A DNA stretch of 64,000 bases from an uncultured Armatimonadetes bacterium (GCA_963717145.1 OY970325.1:4800001-4864000); one strand, 5' to 3'. Positions 27,371-37,379 are shown, numbered from the stretch's first letter. The notes: a model not told the origin generated them from the letters alone. A program made the numbers and translations.

Positions 27371-30061
27371 ATGCCGAGATACGCCGCAAAGATGCTCGCA
27401 GTTCTCTTCGCAGTTGTCCTTCTGAGCGCTCTTCCGCTCTGTGCCGGGTCACCGGAGTACAACTCCGGTGACAACAGGTTGGGGGCCGGCGAGAACAGGT
27501 TGGGGGCCGGCGACAAGAGAGAAAGAGCGTTGTCACCGGAGTTGTACTCCGGTGACCCACCACGGATGTTCGACTGGAAGACGCTGCCGACGCTCCCGAT
27601 GCCGCTCTCCGGTCACTTCGCCGGGACATCAAACGGCGCGCTGATCGTCGCGGGCGGGACGAACTTCCCAGTGTCGCTGTTCGAGGGCGGCACGAAGGAG
27701 TGGTACGACTCGGTCTACGTCCTTCCAAAGGGCGAGAAGGCTTGGAAGAAGGGGGGAACGCTCCCGCACTCCCTCGCTTACGGAGCGTCGGTTTCGACCG
27801 ATGAAGGGCTGGTCTGCATCGGCGGCGGGGATGCCGAGAAGCACTATCCGAAGGCATTCCTGCTTCAGTATGCCAAGGGCGCGACTCCGCGAACAGCCGC
27901 CACCATAGAAAGCGTCTCCCTTCCTGATCTGTGGGAGGCAAGAGCATTCTTCGGGGCAGCCCTGCTGGGCGACCTGATCTATGTAGTAGGCGGACAGACC
28001 GATCCGAAGTCGACCGAAGCCCTCAACTCCGCCTGCGTTCTCAGTTTCCGGTCGGACGACGCCATGTGGTTGATGATAGAACCGCTCCCCGGTCCGGGAC
28101 GAATCCTGCCGGTGGTGGCGGCACAGGACGGCGCGGTCTACGTCTTCGGTGGGTGCTCGCTGAGTCCCGGTCCGGACGGCAAGGCGGTCAGGAAGTACCT
28201 CTGGGACGGCTATTGCTATCGGCCCGGAAAGGGATGGAAGAAGGTAGCGGACCTTCCGTGGCCGGTGACCGCCGCTCCGAGCATCGCGCACGGTCCCTCG
28301 CACATCCTCGTCTTCGGCGGCGATGACGGCGCGCTCGTCGATCGCGTGCAGGAACTCAAGGACAAGCATCCCGGATTCAGCCGCCAGTTGATCGCTTACC
28401 ATACCATTACAGACAGATGGGCCTGGATGGGAACGCTTCCGAAGGGGCTCGTCACGACAAACGCCGTCACCTGGGAGGGAAGCATCGTGATCCCCGGCGG
28501 GGAGGATCGTCCGGGCCACAGATCGGCGGAGGTGCTGAGCGCGAAGGGCATGAAGCCGGAGGGACACTTCTTCCCGCTCGATTACGGGGTCCTGATCGCC
28601 TACCTGCTCGGGATGGTGTGGATCGGGTTCATTATGGCCGGCCGTGAGGAGACGACGGACGACTTCTTCCTCGGCGGGCGGCGCGTGCCGTGGTGGGCGG
28701 CGGGGCTCAGCATCTTCGGCACTCAGCTCAGCGCGATCACGTTCATGGCGATACCGGCAAAGGTCTACGCCACGGACTGGGTCTACATCCTCGGGAACAT
28801 GTGCATCGTGCTCGTGGCGCCGCTGGTCGTGTTCTTCTACCTCCCGTTCTTCCGGCGGCTCAATGTCACGACGGCCTATGAGTACCTGGAGAAGCGGTTC
28901 AGCCTTCCCGTGAGGCTCTTCGGGAGCGCGTCGTTCATCCTCTTCCAGTTGGGGCGGATGGGGATCGTGCTCTTCCTGCCGGCGATCGCGCTCTCGGCGG
29001 TGACGGGGATCGGCATCACGACCTGCATCCTCCTGATGGGCGTGCTGGCGACGATGTACACGGTCATGGGCGGAATCGAGGCGGTGATCTGGACCGACGT
29101 CGTGCAGGTGATCGTCCTGCTCGGCGGCGCGATCGTCAGCCTGATATGGATATTGGCCGAGTACGGCGGAGGGATCGGCGAGGCGTTCGCCGTGGCGCAG
29201 TCGGCCGACAAGTTCCACACCTTCAACTGGACCTGGGACATCACGACCGCGGCCGTCGGGGTCGTCGTCGTGGGCAACATATTCAGCAACCTCGTGCCGT
29301 ACACCGCGGACCAGGCCGTGATCCAGCGCTACCTCACGACCAAGGATGAGAATGCGGCGAAGAAGTCGATCTGGCTCAACGCGTGGCTCTCGGTCCCGTC
29401 GGCGTTCATCTTCTTCGGCGTCGGGACGGCGCTCTGGCTCTTCTACCGCAGCCATCCCGGCCTGCTGAACCCGTCGCTCTCGACCGACGCGATCTTTCCG
29501 CTGTTCATCGCGATGGAGCTTCCGGCGGGGATCACGGGGCTCGTGGTTGCGGGACTCTTTGCGGCGGCGATGTCGACCTTGGACAGCAGCATGAACAGCG
29601 TGGCGACGGCGCTGGTCACCGATTTCTACCGCAGATTCAGGCCGAACGCTCCGGATCGGAGATGCCTCAACCTCGCGCGCTGGCTGACCGTGTTCCTCGG
29701 AGTCGCGGGAGTCGGGACGGCGCTCTGGATGGCGAACAGCGGAATCAAGTCGCTCTGGGACGCCTTCATAACGATCCTCGGGCTGACAGGCGGGGCGCTC
29801 GCGGGGATGTTCATCCTCGGGATCTTCACCCGGCGCGCGCACGGTACGGGAACGCTCATCGGCGCGATCGGCGGCGGATTCGTGCTCTACATGGTGCAGA
29901 GCCGCACGAGCGTCCACTTCTTCCTCTACGCGGCGGTGGGGATCGTCGCGTGTGTCGTGATCGGATACGCGGCGAGTCTCATCATCCCCGCGAAGAAGCG
30001 CGATCTCAGTGGGCTCACCATATACACAATCAATGACGGGAGGGGCGATCTCGGATCCTAA
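27371..30061 (+). CDS. Fusion of a Kelch beta-propeller (NanM mutarotase-like) and a sodium:solute symporter (sialic acid transporter-like)
   Basis: Signal peptide; VAGGTNFP, IGGG, VFGG and GGEDRPG Kelch motifs; FFLGGRRVPWWAAGLSIFGTQLSAITFM, QAVIQRY, AAAMSTLDS. Confidence 0.88.
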   Translation: MPRYAAKMLAVLFAVVLLSALPLCAGSPEYNSGDNRLGAGENRLGAGDKRERALSPELYSGDPPRMFDWKTLPTLPMPLSGHFAGTSNGALIVAGGTNFPVSLFEGGTKEWYDSVYVLPKGEKAWKKGGTLPHSLAYGASVSTDEGLVCIGGGDAEKHYPKAFLLQYAKGATPRTAATIESVSLPDLWEARAFFGAALLGDLIYVVGGQTDPKSTEALNSACVLSFRSDDAMWLMIEPLPGPGRILPVVAAQDGAVYVFGGCSLSPGPDGKAVRKYLWDGYCYRPGKGWKKVADLPWPVTAAPSIAHGPSHILVFGGDDGALVDRVQELKDKHPGFSRQLIAYHTITDRWAWMGTLPKGLVTTNAVTWEGSIVIPGGEDRPGHRSAEVLSAKGMKPEGHFFPLDYGVLIAYLLGMVWIGFIMAGREETTDDFFLGGRRVPWWAAGLSIFGTQLSAITFMAIPAKVYATDWVYILGNMCIVLVAPLVVFFYLPFFRRLNVTTAYEYLEKRFSLPVRLFGSASFILFQLGRMGIVLFLPAIALSAVTGIGITTCILLMGVLATMYTVMGGIEAVIWTDVVQVIVLLGGAIVSLIWILAEYGGGIGEAFAVAQSADKFHTFNWTWDITTAAVGVVVVGNIFSNLVPYTADQAVIQRYLTTKDENAAKKSIWLNAWLSVPSAFIFFGVGTALWLFYRSHPGLLNPSLSTDAIFPLFIAMELPAGITGLVVAGLFAAAMSTLDSSMNSVATALVTDFYRRFRPNAPDRRCLNLARWLTVFLGVAGVGTALWMANSGIKSLWDAFITILGLTGGALAGMFILGIFTRRAHGTGTLIGAIGGGFVLYMVQSRTSVHFFLYAAVGIVACVVIGYAASLIIPAKKRDLSGLTIYTINDGRGDLGS
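27446..27558. repeat. REP-like doublet in frame within the Kelch-SSS CDS
   Basis: Perfect 30-bp inverted repeat 27446-27475/27529-27558; each arm GTCACCGGAGT-nnn-ACTCCGGTGAC; 21-bp-period duplication between the arms. Confidence 0.9.
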
Positions 30062-30100
30062 GAAAGCCCACAATGACAAACATGGATACAGGAGGATACA

Positions 30101-30934
30101 ATGGCGGAGAAACGCAGTGAGATTCTCAAGAGATTTCGGGAGAAGATAGCATCAGGCAGGCCGATCATCGGGGGAGGCGCGGGCACGGGCATCAGCGCCA
30201 AGTTCGAGGAGGCAGGCGGCATTGACCTGATCGTCATCTACAACTCGGGCCGGTTCAGGATGGCGGGCCACGGCTCGCTCGCGGGCCTGATGCCCTATGG
30301 AGACGCGAACGGCATCGTCATGGAGATGGCGAACGAGGTCCTGCCCGTCGCGAGGAAGACACCGGTGCTGGCGGGGGTCTGCGGCACCGATCCGATGCGC
30401 CTCATGGACCATTTCCTCGCTGACGTGAAGGCGGTCGGTTTCGCGGGAGTACAGAACTTCCCGACCGTGGGGCTGATCGACGGCACTTTCAGGGCCAACC
30501 TCGAAGAGACGAACATGGGCTACTGCAAGGAAGTCGAGATGATCGGCATGGCCCACGACCTCGACCTCCTCACGACGCCCTACGTCTTCGACACGGAGGA
30601 CGCGAAGAAGATGACGAACGCCGGCGCGGACATACTGGTCGCGCACATGGGGCTGACGACGGCAGGGTCGATCGGCGCATCCACCGCCAGGACGCTCGAG
30701 CAGTGTGTGCCGGTGATCGATGCGATTGTGGACACGGCGAAGGGCATAAGGGGCGACGTCATCGTCCTCTGTCACGGCGGGCCGATCGCCGAGCCTCCGG
30801 ACGCGGAGTACATCCTCAGCCACTGCAAGGGCATCGACGGCTTCTACGGCGCAAGCTCGATGGAGAGGCTCCCGACCGAGCGCGCGATCAAGGAGCAGAC
30901 GGAGAAGTTCACGCGGATCACCTTCAGGCGATAG
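30101..30934 (+). CDS. Phosphoenolpyruvate hydrolase-like TIM-barrel protein (Tm-1 C-terminal-like)
   Basis: [50 protein letters not shown]. Confidence 0.88.
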   Translation: MAEKRSEILKRFREKIASGRPIIGGGAGTGISAKFEEAGGIDLIVIYNSGRFRMAGHGSLAGLMPYGDANGIVMEMANEVLPVARKTPVLAGVCGTDPMRLMDHFLADVKAVGFAGVQNFPTVGLIDGTFRANLEETNMGYCKEVEMIGMAHDLDLLTTPYVFDTEDAKKMTNAGADILVAHMGLTTAGSIGASTARTLEQCVPVIDAIVDTAKGIRGDVIVLCHGGPIAEPPDAEYILSHCKGIDGFYGASSMERLPTERAIKEQTEKFTRITFRR

Positions 30935-30949
30935 GCTTCCTGCAGAACA

Positions 30950-31066
30950 CACCGTCAGTCCTGAGTGCGCCGGTGAATGACGGCGTGTAACGAAGGACGG
31001 CTCGGTGGAGTAAGGCCGTCCTTCGTTACACGCCGTCATTCACCGGCGCACTCAGGACTGACGGTG
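30950..31066. repeat. Hairpin family B, full copy 1
   Basis: Perfect 52-bp arms, 13-nt loop. Confidence 0.95.
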
Positions 31067-31093
31067 GGGCTTACTAAGAAGGAGGGGAATGCA

Positions 31094-32302
31094 ATGGCTA
31101 AGACGATCGCTCTCCTGGGAGCGCTGGACACCAAGGGCGCGGAGTACGGCTTCGTCAAGCAGGTGATCGAGTCCCGCGGACTGAGCACTCTGCTGATCGA
31201 CGTGGGGGTCATCGATCCACCCGCCATCACGCCGGACATATCACGGACGGAGGTCGCTCAGGCGGCGGGCGCTGATATCGATGTCCTCGCCGCGAAGAGG
31301 GATCGGGGAGAGGCTGTGGCGGCGATGAGTCGTGGGGCGGCGATCCTGCTCCCGAAGTTGTACGCAGAGGGACGGTTCGACGGGATCCTCGCGCTGGGAG
31401 GCACCGGTGGGACGTCTGTCGCGTGCAATGCGATGCGCGCGCTCCCTCTCGGCGTGCCCAAGGTGATGGTATCCACGGTCGCGGGCACGGACGTCTCGGG
31501 GTACGTCGGCGTCAAGGACATCGTCATGATCCCGAGCATCGTGGACGTGTCCGGCATCAACAAGATCAGCCGGGAGGTCTTCGCACGGGCGGCGGGGGCG
31601 ATCTGCGGCATGGTGCAGACGACCGTTCCCACAGGCGAGGACAGACCGCTGGTCGCCGCATCGATGTTCGGTAACACGACGCCGGTGGTCGAGGCGGCAA
31701 AGGCGATCGTCGAAGAGGCCGGCTACGAGGTGCTGGTATTCCACTGCACGGGAACCGGCGGCAGGACGATGGAGAGCCTGATCGAGGCGGGATTGATCTC
31801 CGGGGTGCTCGACATAACGACGACGGAGTGGGCCGACGAACTGGTGGGCGGCGTCTTCTCAGCCGGACCGACGAGACTCGAGGCCGCCGCGAAGATGGGC
31901 GTCCCGGCGATCGTCGTTCCCGGTTGCGTCGACATGGTGAACTTCTGGGCCCCTGAGACCGTCCCGGACAAGTTCACAGGCCGCACGTTTTACCCCCACA
32001 ACCCGAACGTCACTCTCATGCGCACGAATGTCGATGAGAGCAGGCGGCTGGGCGAGATCATGGCGGAGAAGCTGAACATGAGCAAGGGGCCGGTCACCGT
32101 CCTGATCCCGCTCAAAGGTGTCAGCATGATCGACGCGCCCGACGGGCCCTTCTGGTGGCCGGAAGCGGATCAGGCGTTCAATGATGCGCTCAAGAAAAAC
32201 TTGAGGCCCGACATCGCGGTGATCGAGATGGACAACAACATCAACGACCCGGAGTTCGCCGCGAAGTGCGCAGAAACTCTTCTCACAAGTATGAAAGGTT
32301 AG
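31094..32302 (+). CDS. Tm-1-like ATP-binding domain protein (UPF0261)
   Basis: LDTKGAE, GGTGGT, GVPKVMVST, SMFGNTTP, FHCTGTGG, HNPNVTLMRT. Confidence 0.88.
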   Translation: MAKTIALLGALDTKGAEYGFVKQVIESRGLSTLLIDVGVIDPPAITPDISRTEVAQAAGADIDVLAAKRDRGEAVAAMSRGAAILLPKLYAEGRFDGILALGGTGGTSVACNAMRALPLGVPKVMVSTVAGTDVSGYVGVKDIVMIPSIVDVSGINKISREVFARAAGAICGMVQTTVPTGEDRPLVAASMFGNTTPVVEAAKAIVEEAGYEVLVFHCTGTGGRTMESLIEAGLISGVLDITTTEWADELVGGVFSAGPTRLEAAAKMGVPAIVVPGCVDMVNFWAPETVPDKFTGRTFYPHNPNVTLMRTNVDESRRLGEIMAEKLNMSKGPVTVLIPLKGVSMIDAPDGPFWWPEADQAFNDALKKNLRPDIAVIEMDNNINDPEFAAKCAETLLTSMKG

Positions 32303-32308
32303 GCTCAG

Positions 32309-33442
32309 GTGTCAACTCACGCGGTTTTCGCTCTGTTAGCTCTCGCGCTGCTGCTCGGGAGTACGTGCTGTGCCAAACCGGATTCGCCGAAGCAGACGGT
32401 GGTCTGGCATGAGGGAGAAGGCGGCTACCATACCTACCGCATACCGGCGCTGATCGTGACGAAGGCGGGCACGCTCCTCGCGTTCTGCGAAGGACGGAGG
32501 AACAGCCGCTCGGATACGGGAGAGATCAATACGCTCCTGCGGCGCAGTCTCGATGGCGGCACGACTTGGGTGCCCGTGCAGTTGGTCGCTGCGGATGGGG
32601 CGAACACGTTCGGCAACCCATGCCCGGTGGTCGATCAATCGGACGGAACGATCTGGCTGCCTCTGACGAAGAACATCGGCGAGGATCACGAGAGCGAGAT
32701 CAAGATGGGGACCGGCAAGGGCACGCGCACCGTCTGGATCTGCAAGAGCACCGACGATGGCGAGACGTGGAGCACACCGGTCGAGATCACCTCATCGACC
32801 AAGAAGCCGAACTGGGCCTGGTATGCGACCGGGCCGGGCGTCGGCATTCAACTCAAGAGCGGGCGGCTCGTGATCCCGTGCGACTACGCGCTCCTCGGGA
32901 CGCGGGATTACGGCTCGCACGTGATCTACAGCGACGACAAGGGTCAGACGTGGAAGATCGGCGGCGATGTGTTCCCCAAGGTCAACGAGTCGCAGGTCGT
33001 CGAACTCGAGGACGGATCGCTGATGCTCAACATGCGAAGTTATCTGGGCCAATACTGTCGCACGGTGGCCGTCAGCAAGGACGGCGGGCTGACCTTCTCC
33101 GAGGGCAAGCCGGACCAGACGCTGGTGGAGCCGGTCTGCCAGGCGAGCTTCATCAGATACACGGAGAAGGCGGCACACGGGAAGAACCGGCTCTTGTTCG
33201 CCAACCCCGCGAGTCTCAGGCGAAACATGATGACGGTCAGGATGAGCTACGACGAGGGGAAGACTTGGCCGATCATGAAGCTTCTCGATCACCGCTGGGC
33301 GGCATACTCGTGCCTCACGGTGCTGCCGGACATGGAGATCGGGCTGCTCTATGAGTGCGGGGATGCTCACTCGAACCAGACGATCACATTCGCGCGCTTC
33401 GGGCTTGGGTGGCTGACGGACGGGAAAGACAGCATCAAGTGA
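32309..33442 (+). CDS. Secreted sialidase (GH33)
   Basis: YRIP motif, Asp boxes (SLDGGTTW, STDDGETW, SDDKGQTW, SYDEGKTW), AAYS. Confidence 0.9.
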   Translation: MSTHAVFALLALALLLGSTCCAKPDSPKQTVVWHEGEGGYHTYRIPALIVTKAGTLLAFCEGRRNSRSDTGEINTLLRRSLDGGTTWVPVQLVAADGANTFGNPCPVVDQSDGTIWLPLTKNIGEDHESEIKMGTGKGTRTVWICKSTDDGETWSTPVEITSSTKKPNWAWYATGPGVGIQLKSGRLVIPCDYALLGTRDYGSHVIYSDDKGQTWKIGGDVFPKVNESQVVELEDGSLMLNMRSYLGQYCRTVAVSKDGGLTFSEGKPDQTLVEPVCQASFIRYTEKAAHGKNRLLFANPASLRRNMMTVRMSYDEGKTWPIMKLLDHRWAAYSCLTVLPDMEIGLLYECGDAHSNQTITFARFGLGWLTDGKDSIK

Positions 33443-34680
33443 AGAACCCCCGCTTCCACTACGGCTGGATAGTGCTCGGCATGGGCACGTTGGTGGTGTT
33501 CGGGTCGCTGGGATTGGGGCGCTTCGCGTACACCGTCGTGCTTCCCTCTATGCAAGCGGGGCTGGGCATGGACAATACGCAGGCGGGTGCGCTTGCCACC
33601 GCCAATCTGGTGGGCTACCTCGCGTCCTGCGTCATCGGCGGCGCGCTCGCCTCTCGGTTTGGTCCCCGCGTCGTCATCGCAAGCGGGCTCGCGCTGGCAG
33701 CCATCTCCATGGTGATGACGGGCTTCGCCGGGAGTTTCGTTTCCGCTCTGGTCTGGCGCTCTCTCACCGGCATCGGCAGCGGCGCCAGCAACGTACCGAC
33801 ACTGGGTCTGATGTGCTCGTGGTTCGCGCCACGCCGGCGGGGCCTCGCAGCGGGCGCGGCCGTGGCCGGATCGTCCATCGGGCTGATCGTCACCGGCCCG
33901 CTCGTTCCCCGCATCCTGACCGCGTACGGCGGCGACGGATGGCGCACGTGTTGGTTCATCTTCGGTGGAGTGACCTTGGTGCTGGCGGTGGGCGCCGCTG
34001 TGCTGTTGCGCAACCATCCCTCTGACGTTGGCCGAAAACCGGTTGGCGCCGGTCCCGACGAGCCGGTCACCTCCGGCCCGAGTGGAGCGCTGCGACTGGT
34101 CAACGTCTACAACAGGCCGATCGTCTGGCTTCTGGGCCTGGTCTACGTTGCCTTCGGTTTCTCATACATCATCTATATGACCTTCTTCACCAAGTGTCTG
34201 ATTGCCGACGGTGGGTACACGCAGTCCCAGGCTGGGCGGCTGTTTATGATCATGGGCTGGTTCAGCCTGTTCTGCGGGATTATCTGGGGCTCCGTATCGG
34301 ATATCATTGGCCGCAAGAGAGCTTTGGCCCTCGTCTACCTTGTCCACGCCGTCGCCTTCAGCCTGTTTCCCTTGTGGCCGGCGCCCACGGGCTTCTTCCT
34401 CTCAGCGGCTCTGTTCGGTCTTTCGGCATGGAGTATTCCTGGGATCATGGCGGCGACATGCGGTGACCTGCTCGGGCCGAGGCTCGCGCCGGCCGCCCTG
34501 GGGTTCATAACGCTCTTCTTCGGCATCGGCCAGGCTGCCGGACCGTTCGTGGCCGGGGCGATGGCCGACGCCGCCAAGTCGTTCTGGCCTGCGCTCTGGT
34601 TGTGCGCCGGTGTGGCCCTCGTGGGGGCCGTGGGCGCACTCCTCCTCCCATTGAAGCGCGACACCTGTCTGCCTCAATGA
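33439..34680 (+). CDS. MFS transporter (YbfB/YjiJ-like)
   Basis: GLGRFAYTVVLPSM, GSVSDIIGRK; multiple TM helices; GTGA overlap with the sialidase stop. Confidence 0.85.
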   Translation: MKNPRFHYGWIVLGMGTLVVFGSLGLGRFAYTVVLPSMQAGLGMDNTQAGALATANLVGYLASCVIGGALASRFGPRVVIASGLALAAISMVMTGFAGSFVSALVWRSLTGIGSGASNVPTLGLMCSWFAPRRRGLAAGAAVAGSSIGLIVTGPLVPRILTAYGGDGWRTCWFIFGGVTLVLAVGAAVLLRNHPSDVGRKPVGAGPDEPVTSGPSGALRLVNVYNRPIVWLLGLVYVAFGFSYIIYMTFFTKCLIADGGYTQSQAGRLFMIMGWFSLFCGIIWGSVSDIIGRKRALALVYLVHAVAFSLFPLWPAPTGFFLSAALFGLSAWSIPGIMAATCGDLLGPRLAPAALGFITLFFGIGQAAGPFVAGAMADAAKSFWPALWLCAGVALVGAVGALLLPLKRDTCLPQ

Positions 34681-34692
34681 GTTGAATACGGA

Positions 34693-35226
34693 CTACGGCT
34701 TGAGCCCGAAATGCTCGACGATCCTCTGCGCGGCATCGGACGGTGACAGTTCCGACGTGTCGAGGCTGAGCGACTCGCGGCCGGGGATCTCGGAAAAGAG
34801 ATCGGAGAACCCCATGAGCCGCCGAAGCTTCTCCACCGACTTCAGCTTGTTGAAGCGTTGCCGATCCTCCAAGACGACCCTCTCCTCGATCACGGATACC
34901 GGTGCATGGAGCCGCACGAAGTATACTTCCCCGCCGGCCTCCTTCACAATTCCCTCGATGTCGTCGATGTATGGCTCATCAACCAGCGGAACGAAGACAA
35001 ATGTGAAGATCAGGTCGAGATCGTGCTCGGCGGCGGTCTCGAACACGAGCATTCGCGTTCCGTTGACAATCTTCGAGTAGCCGGGCGTGGCGAAGGGAAA
35101 GAACTCTTCGCCGAAGTCGCACGTCATGTGATTGTGGAAGAGCTTGATGCCGGTGAGCTTCGAAAGCTCCTCCCCCACGGTCAGCTTCCCAACCGCCGGC
35201 GGCCCGTAGATGATGATGAGTTTCAT
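34693..35226 (-). CDS. P-loop kinase (shikimate kinase/AAA_33-like)
   Basis: IIIYGPPAVGKLTVG, LFHNH. Confidence 0.8.
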   Translation of the reverse strand: MKLIIIYGPPAVGKLTVGEELSKLTGIKLFHNHMTCDFGEEFFPFATPGYSKIVNGTRMLVFETAAEHDLDLIFTFVFVPLVDEPYIDDIEGIVKEAGGEVYFVRLHAPVSVIEERVVLEDRQRFNKLKSVEKLRRLMGFSDLFSEIPGRESLSLDTSELSPSDAAQRIVEHFGLKP

Positions 35227-35242
35227 GGGAAGTTCTCAGTCC

Positions 35243-35734
35243 TCAGTTGTCAGTTATCAGTCGTTCCATGTACACGTCGGTCAGTATATCAAATCGGTCG
35301 CTTTGTGCCCAGTCGGCGGTCTCCTCGTGGATGACGGTGAATCCCATGCGCTCAAAGATCGGGACGTTGCCGGTCTCTCTGATGGTGTAGAGCGAGAGAT
35401 GCGTCAGCCCCAGGTCGCGGGCGGTCCCGGCGAGCGACTCAAGTATCGCTCGGGCGACTCCCCGACGCCGGTGGTCGGGATGGACCATCAGGCCGATGAA
35501 ATGGAGCCGGCTTCCTTTGACGCCGTATTGCACCGTGCCGACGATCCGCCCCTTGATCTCCGCCACCAGACGAGTGAGCGCGGGCCGAGGGCTCCCGTCG
35601 CTCGGAGGACTCGCGACGAGTCGGTACGTCTCTCGCAGTGTCTCGGTCGCGAGTGCGGCGACTTCCTGCGCAGCCTCGATGTCCTCAGGGGTTGCGTGTC
35701 GGACTCGGATGGCAGTACTCAGGTCCATCGGCAA
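35243..35734 (-). CDS. GNAT family N-acetyltransferase
   Basis: VHPDHRRRGVARAI, NVPIFERMGF. Confidence 0.85.
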   Translation of the reverse strand: MPMDLSTAIRVRHATPEDIEAAQEVAALATETLRETYRLVASPPSDGSPRPALTRLVAEIKGRIVGTVQYGVKGSRLHFIGLMVHPDHRRRGVARAILESLAGTARDLGLTHLSLYTIRETGNVPIFERMGFTVIHEETADWAQSDRFDILTDVYMERLITDN

Positions 35735-35977
35735 TCAACCGAACAGTTGTGCAGCGACCTCGTCTCGCGATAGGCCGAGATGATCGGCGACGTCGCCCAA
35801 GATCGACGCCAGTGTGCCGACGCGCAGGGGACTGTGTTGAGGTATGGTAACGTAATGCTCGCCCTTCCTGGCGGTGACGAGGCGCGCATGGCTTCCGGTC
35901 TGGCGGATAATTGAATAGCCGAAGACGGAAAGCGCTTGGGCGAGTTCCTTCCCGGACACGTCTCGAGGCAGCCTCAT
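35735..35977 (-). CDS. hicA: HicA-family toxin (mRNA interferase)
   Basis: RQTGSHARL, VTIPQHSPLRVGTLASIL. Confidence 0.88.
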   Translation of the reverse strand: MRLPRDVSGKELAQALSVFGYSIIRQTGSHARLVTARKGEHYVTIPQHSPLRVGTLASILGDVADHLGLSRDEVAAQLFG

Positions 35978-36180
35978 GCTGCGATCACTTCCTCCTGCAC
36001 GAAATGCAGGCGAATCACTCTCGGGCGCTTTCCTTCGTCGAAGTGGCAGCGAACGGCATCCCTCACCTGCTCATGAAGCCCCTGCATATCGTCCGCTTCG
36101 GTGAAGATCGACTCTCCGAGCGCACGGGCGGTGAATCCGCCTTCCGGCGCTTGCTCAACCACAAAGATAATCTCTTCCAT
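35974..36180 (-). CDS. hicB: Short HicB-like antitoxin (68 aa)
   Basis: MEEIIFVVEQAPEGGFTARALGESIFTEADD...VRDAVRCHF; ATGA overlap with hicA. Confidence 0.75.
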   Translation of the reverse strand: MEEIIFVVEQAPEGGFTARALGESIFTEADDMQGLHEQVRDAVRCHFDEGKRPRVIRLHFVQEEVIAA

Positions 36181-36265
36181 ATCCCGCCTCCGCTGACATT
36201 CCCTCTCAAGTGCATAGTACGCCGAAAAGAGGGCAATCCCTCCATTCCAACACTCCAGGACTCCA

Positions 36266-37168
36266 TCACTCCATCTTTCCGCCGAACGTGAGCGTCGTCT
36301 CGCCTTCCCACTTCTCGTCGGGGAAGAGGGTGGGGCGTGTCTCGATCGTGCCGGTCTCGATGCAGACCATCCGCTGGTACTCATCATCGCCGAAGTCCGC
36401 CATGCGCTGGGACTTCTCGATCCAGGGATTCCAGACCACCACTTCGGGCATGTCAGTCTTCTCGATGGCGATCGTCCGGCCGTTGCCCTCATCCCTTAGG
36501 CGGAGGGCATCGGGCGTGTCGACGTAGATGCGATCAGTCTCCCCCGCGAACCGGATGGCTTCCCGCGTCTCGACCCATCTCTCCCAGTCCTTCAGGGCGT
36601 CGATGAGCGTGGCTCCATTAAGACCGCCGATTGCGACCTTGCCGATGTCCGCGACCGCGAAGTATGTGTGGAGCGCCGCCTGGAAATCGAACGGCAAGTC
36701 ACCGGTATTGACCGCCTTCATGCCGACGGTGAGCGCATTCTCATCGAGAAAGACTCTCAGGCCGAGTACGAAGTCGTGCGGCCAGAGCGCGAACGATTCG
36801 GCGGACTGGGTGATCTCGAACTCCACGGCCACGATTCCGCTGACGAAGACCTCTGTGCGGATGAGATTCCAGGCGGTGGTTCGAACCAGACCGTGCTGGG
36901 GGAGCGGACCGCGTCCCCCGAACTGCGGGAAGATGACCGGGATGCCTCCCCGGATCGGCTTGTGCGCCGCCCACTGGGACTCGCGGCTGAGGAAGAACAA
37001 CTCCTCGCCGGCGGGGTTCTTCCATGAGGTGACGTGCGCGCCGTGGAGGTAGACCTCCGCGCTCGACCCGGATGCGTGGGTCAGCACGACCTTCGGCAGG
37101 TCGCCATTCCCGGCGGCAATGGTGACGGCATTCGGGATCTGAAACTCGTTGTTCAGCATATCGATCAT
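36266..37168 (-). CDS. D-hexose-6-phosphate mutarotase (aldose 1-epimerase family)
   Basis: HGAHVTSW, IRGGIPVIFPQFG, QHG, ALHTYF, VVWNPW, MVCIE. Confidence 0.9.
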   Translation of the reverse strand: MIDMLNNEFQIPNAVTIAAGNGDLPKVVLTHASGSSAEVYLHGAHVTSWKNPAGEELFFLSRESQWAAHKPIRGGIPVIFPQFGGRGPLPQHGLVRTTAWNLIRTEVFVSGIVAVEFEITQSAESFALWPHDFVLGLRVFLDENALTVGMKAVNTGDLPFDFQAALHTYFAVADIGKVAIGGLNGATLIDALKDWERWVETREAIRFAGETDRIYVDTPDALRLRDEGNGRTIAIEKTDMPEVVVWNPWIEKSQRMADFGDDEYQRMVCIETGTIETRPTLFPDEKWEGETTLTFGGKME

Positions 37169-37278
37169 GGCTTGAATCCTCTCAAGAAGCAGTGTGAACG
37201 CCTGTTCCAGTATGTTCTTTACCCACAGCGGAATCCCTCTCACCGCAGGACACGCGAACATGCACGGCGAACGGTAGA

Positions 37279-37363
37279 TCGACTACGGCTGTAGGGGCGT
37301 GCCTTGTGCCGCCCGGCACGCGGAGACGGGCGGCACAAGGCACGCCCCTACAGCCGTAGTCGA
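37279..37363. repeat. GTAG-type REP doublet hairpin
   Basis: Perfect 37-bp arms containing GTAGGGGCGTGCCTTGTGCCGCCCG; 11-nt loop. Confidence 0.92.
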
Positions 37364-37379
37364 ATGCACGGTAACCAAT

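Noticed and set aside
30977-31093. MTACNEGR-starting ORF extensions (also at 31039 and 45146)
   Set aside because: The ATG lies within hairpin family B; better-supported starts lie downstream.
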